A stretch of DNA of 64,000 nt from positions 27,156,001 through 27,220,000 of the forward strand of contig CATNEN010000038.1 in assembly GCA_950097015.1 (NCBI GenBank). The letters run 5' to 3'. The notes beneath the pieces were generated by a model. That model made no database searches and was not told where the DNA came from. It saw nothing but the letters and a program-made list of their open reading frames with translations. Origin of the DNA: Macrostomum hystrix (Eukaryota > Animalia > Platyhelminthes). The translations under genes and the position numbers were made by a program. This document shows, in pieces, positions 62,482 through 64,000 of this stretch (positions are counted from its first letter, which is position 1; each line of letters starts with the position of its first letter).

Positions 62482-64000
62482 AGGGTGCGAAAGGGACAGA
62501 CAAGGTCAGAGAGGGTGCGAAAGGGACAGACAAGGTCAGAGAGGGTGCGAAAGGGACAGACAAGGTCAGAGAGGGTGCGAAAGGGACAGACAAGGTCAGA
62601 GAGGGTGCGAAAGGGACAGACAAGGTCAGAGAGGGTGCGAAAGGGACAGACAAGGTCAGAGAGGGTGCGAAAGGGACAGACAAGGTCAGAGAGAGTGCGA
62701 AAGGGACAGACAAGGTCAGAGAGGGTGCGAAAGGGACAGACAAGGTCAGAGAGGGTGCGAAGGAGACAGACAAGGTGAGAGAGGGTGCGAAAGGGACAGA
62801 CAAGGTCAGAGAGGGTGCGAAAGGGACAGACAAGGTGAGAGAGGGTGCGAAAGGGACAGACAAGGTCAGAGAGGGTGCGAAAGGGACAGACAAGGTCAGA
62901 GAGGGTGCGAAGGAGACAGACAAGGTCAGAGAGGGTGCGAAAGGGACAGACAAGGTCAGAGAGGGTGCGAAAGGGACAGACAAGGTCAGAGAGGGTGCGA
63001 AAGGGACAGACAAGGTCAGAGAGGGTGCGAAAGGGACAGACAAGGTCAGAGAGGGTGCGAAAGGGACAGACAAGGTCAGAGAGAGTGCGAAAGGGACAGA
63101 CAAGGTCAGAGAGGGTGCGAAAGGGACAGACAAGGTCAGAGAGGGTGCGAAGGAGACAGACAAGGTGAGAGAGGGTGCGAAAGGGACAGACAAGGTCAGA
63201 GAGGGTGCGAAAGGGACAGACAAGGTGAGAGAGGGTGCGAAAGGGACAGACAAGGTCAGAGAGGGTGCGAAAGGGACAGACAAGGTCAGAGAGAGTGCGA
63301 AAGGGACAGACAAGGTCAGAGAGGGTGCGAAAGGGACAGACAAGGTCAGAGAGGGTGCGAAGGAGACAGACAAGGTGAGAGAGGGTGCGAAAGGGACAGA
63401 CAAGGTCAGAGAGGGTGCGAAAGGGACAGACAAGGTCAGAGAGGGTGCGAAAGGGACAGACAAGGTGAGAGAGGGTGCGAAAGGGACAGACAAGGTCAGA
63501 GAGGGTGCGAAGGAGACAGACAAGGTCAGAGAGGGTGCGAAAGGGACAGACAAGGTCAGAGAGGGTGCGAAAGGGACAGACAAGGTCAGAGAGGGTGCGA
63601 AGGAGACAGACAAGGTCAGAGAGGGTGCGAAGGAGACAGACAAGGTGAGAGAGGGTGCGAAAGGGACAGACAAGGTCAGAGAGGGTGCGAAGGAGACAGA
63701 CAAGGTCAGAGAGGGTGCGAAGGAGACAGACAAGGTGAGAGAGGGTGCGAAAGGGACAGACAAGGTCAGAGAGGGTGCGAAGGAGACAGACAAGGTGAGA
63801 GAGGGTGCGAAAGGGACAGACAAGGTCAGAGAGGGTGCGAAAGGGACAGACAAGGTCAGAGAGGGTGCGAAAGGGACAGACAAGGTCAGAGAGGGTGCGA
63901 AGGAGACAGACAAGGTCAGAGAGGGTGCGAAAGGGACAGACAAGGTCAGAGAGGGTGCGAAAGGGACAGACAAGGTCAGAGAGGGTGCGAAGGAGACAGA
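62482..64000. repeat. Purine-rich minisatellite, 30-bp unit GAGGGTGCGAAAGGGACAGACAAGGTCAGA, running off the window end
   Basis: Direct inspection. Confidence 0.95.

Noticed and set aside
61008-63973. Repetitive ORFs PECCGCHSG... and SVPFAPSLTL...
   Set aside because: Intronic minisatellites of RPTP2; no evidence of splice sites integrating them.

Overview
Eukaryotic (invertebrate metazoan) genomic DNA with GT-AG introns, about 40% of it tandem minisatellites. The repeat style resembles the flatworm Macrostomum lignano, but that is inference only. Nearly all long ORFs in the supplied track are artefacts of minisatellites. Hand-splicing gives four cell-surface/signalling genes. (1) A CD164/porimin-type sialomucin (+, 2999-5981). 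(2) A complete 14-exon, ~1200-aa receptor tyrosine phosphatase (-, 29539-13146): signal peptide, Thr-rich mucin stalk, ~8 FN3-like repeats (three from a recent minisatellite-flanked exon triplication), TM and one PTP domain. (3) A previously unrecognisable 14/15-exon type I receptor (-, 48052-42518/41862) combining two F-type-lectin-like domains with 5-6 Ig domains. Its lectin copies differ almost only in the predicted CDR1 loop, and its Tyr-motif tail is cut off by a stop codon. (4) The 3' half of a second RPTP (-, >62370-58479) whose catalytic exons are homogenised with gene 2. Mobile DNA: a deleted Helitron, a tRNA-derived SINE, a LOA/R1-like LINE, a FLYWCH-MULE fragment, a hAT-like MITE and a 92-bp retro-insertion with TSD. 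A segmental duplication (28.7-39.6 kb vs 52.6-58.8 kb) brackets the lectin-Ig gene. The best candidate novel system is a rapidly diversifying lectin-Ig/RPTP/mucin recognition locus.
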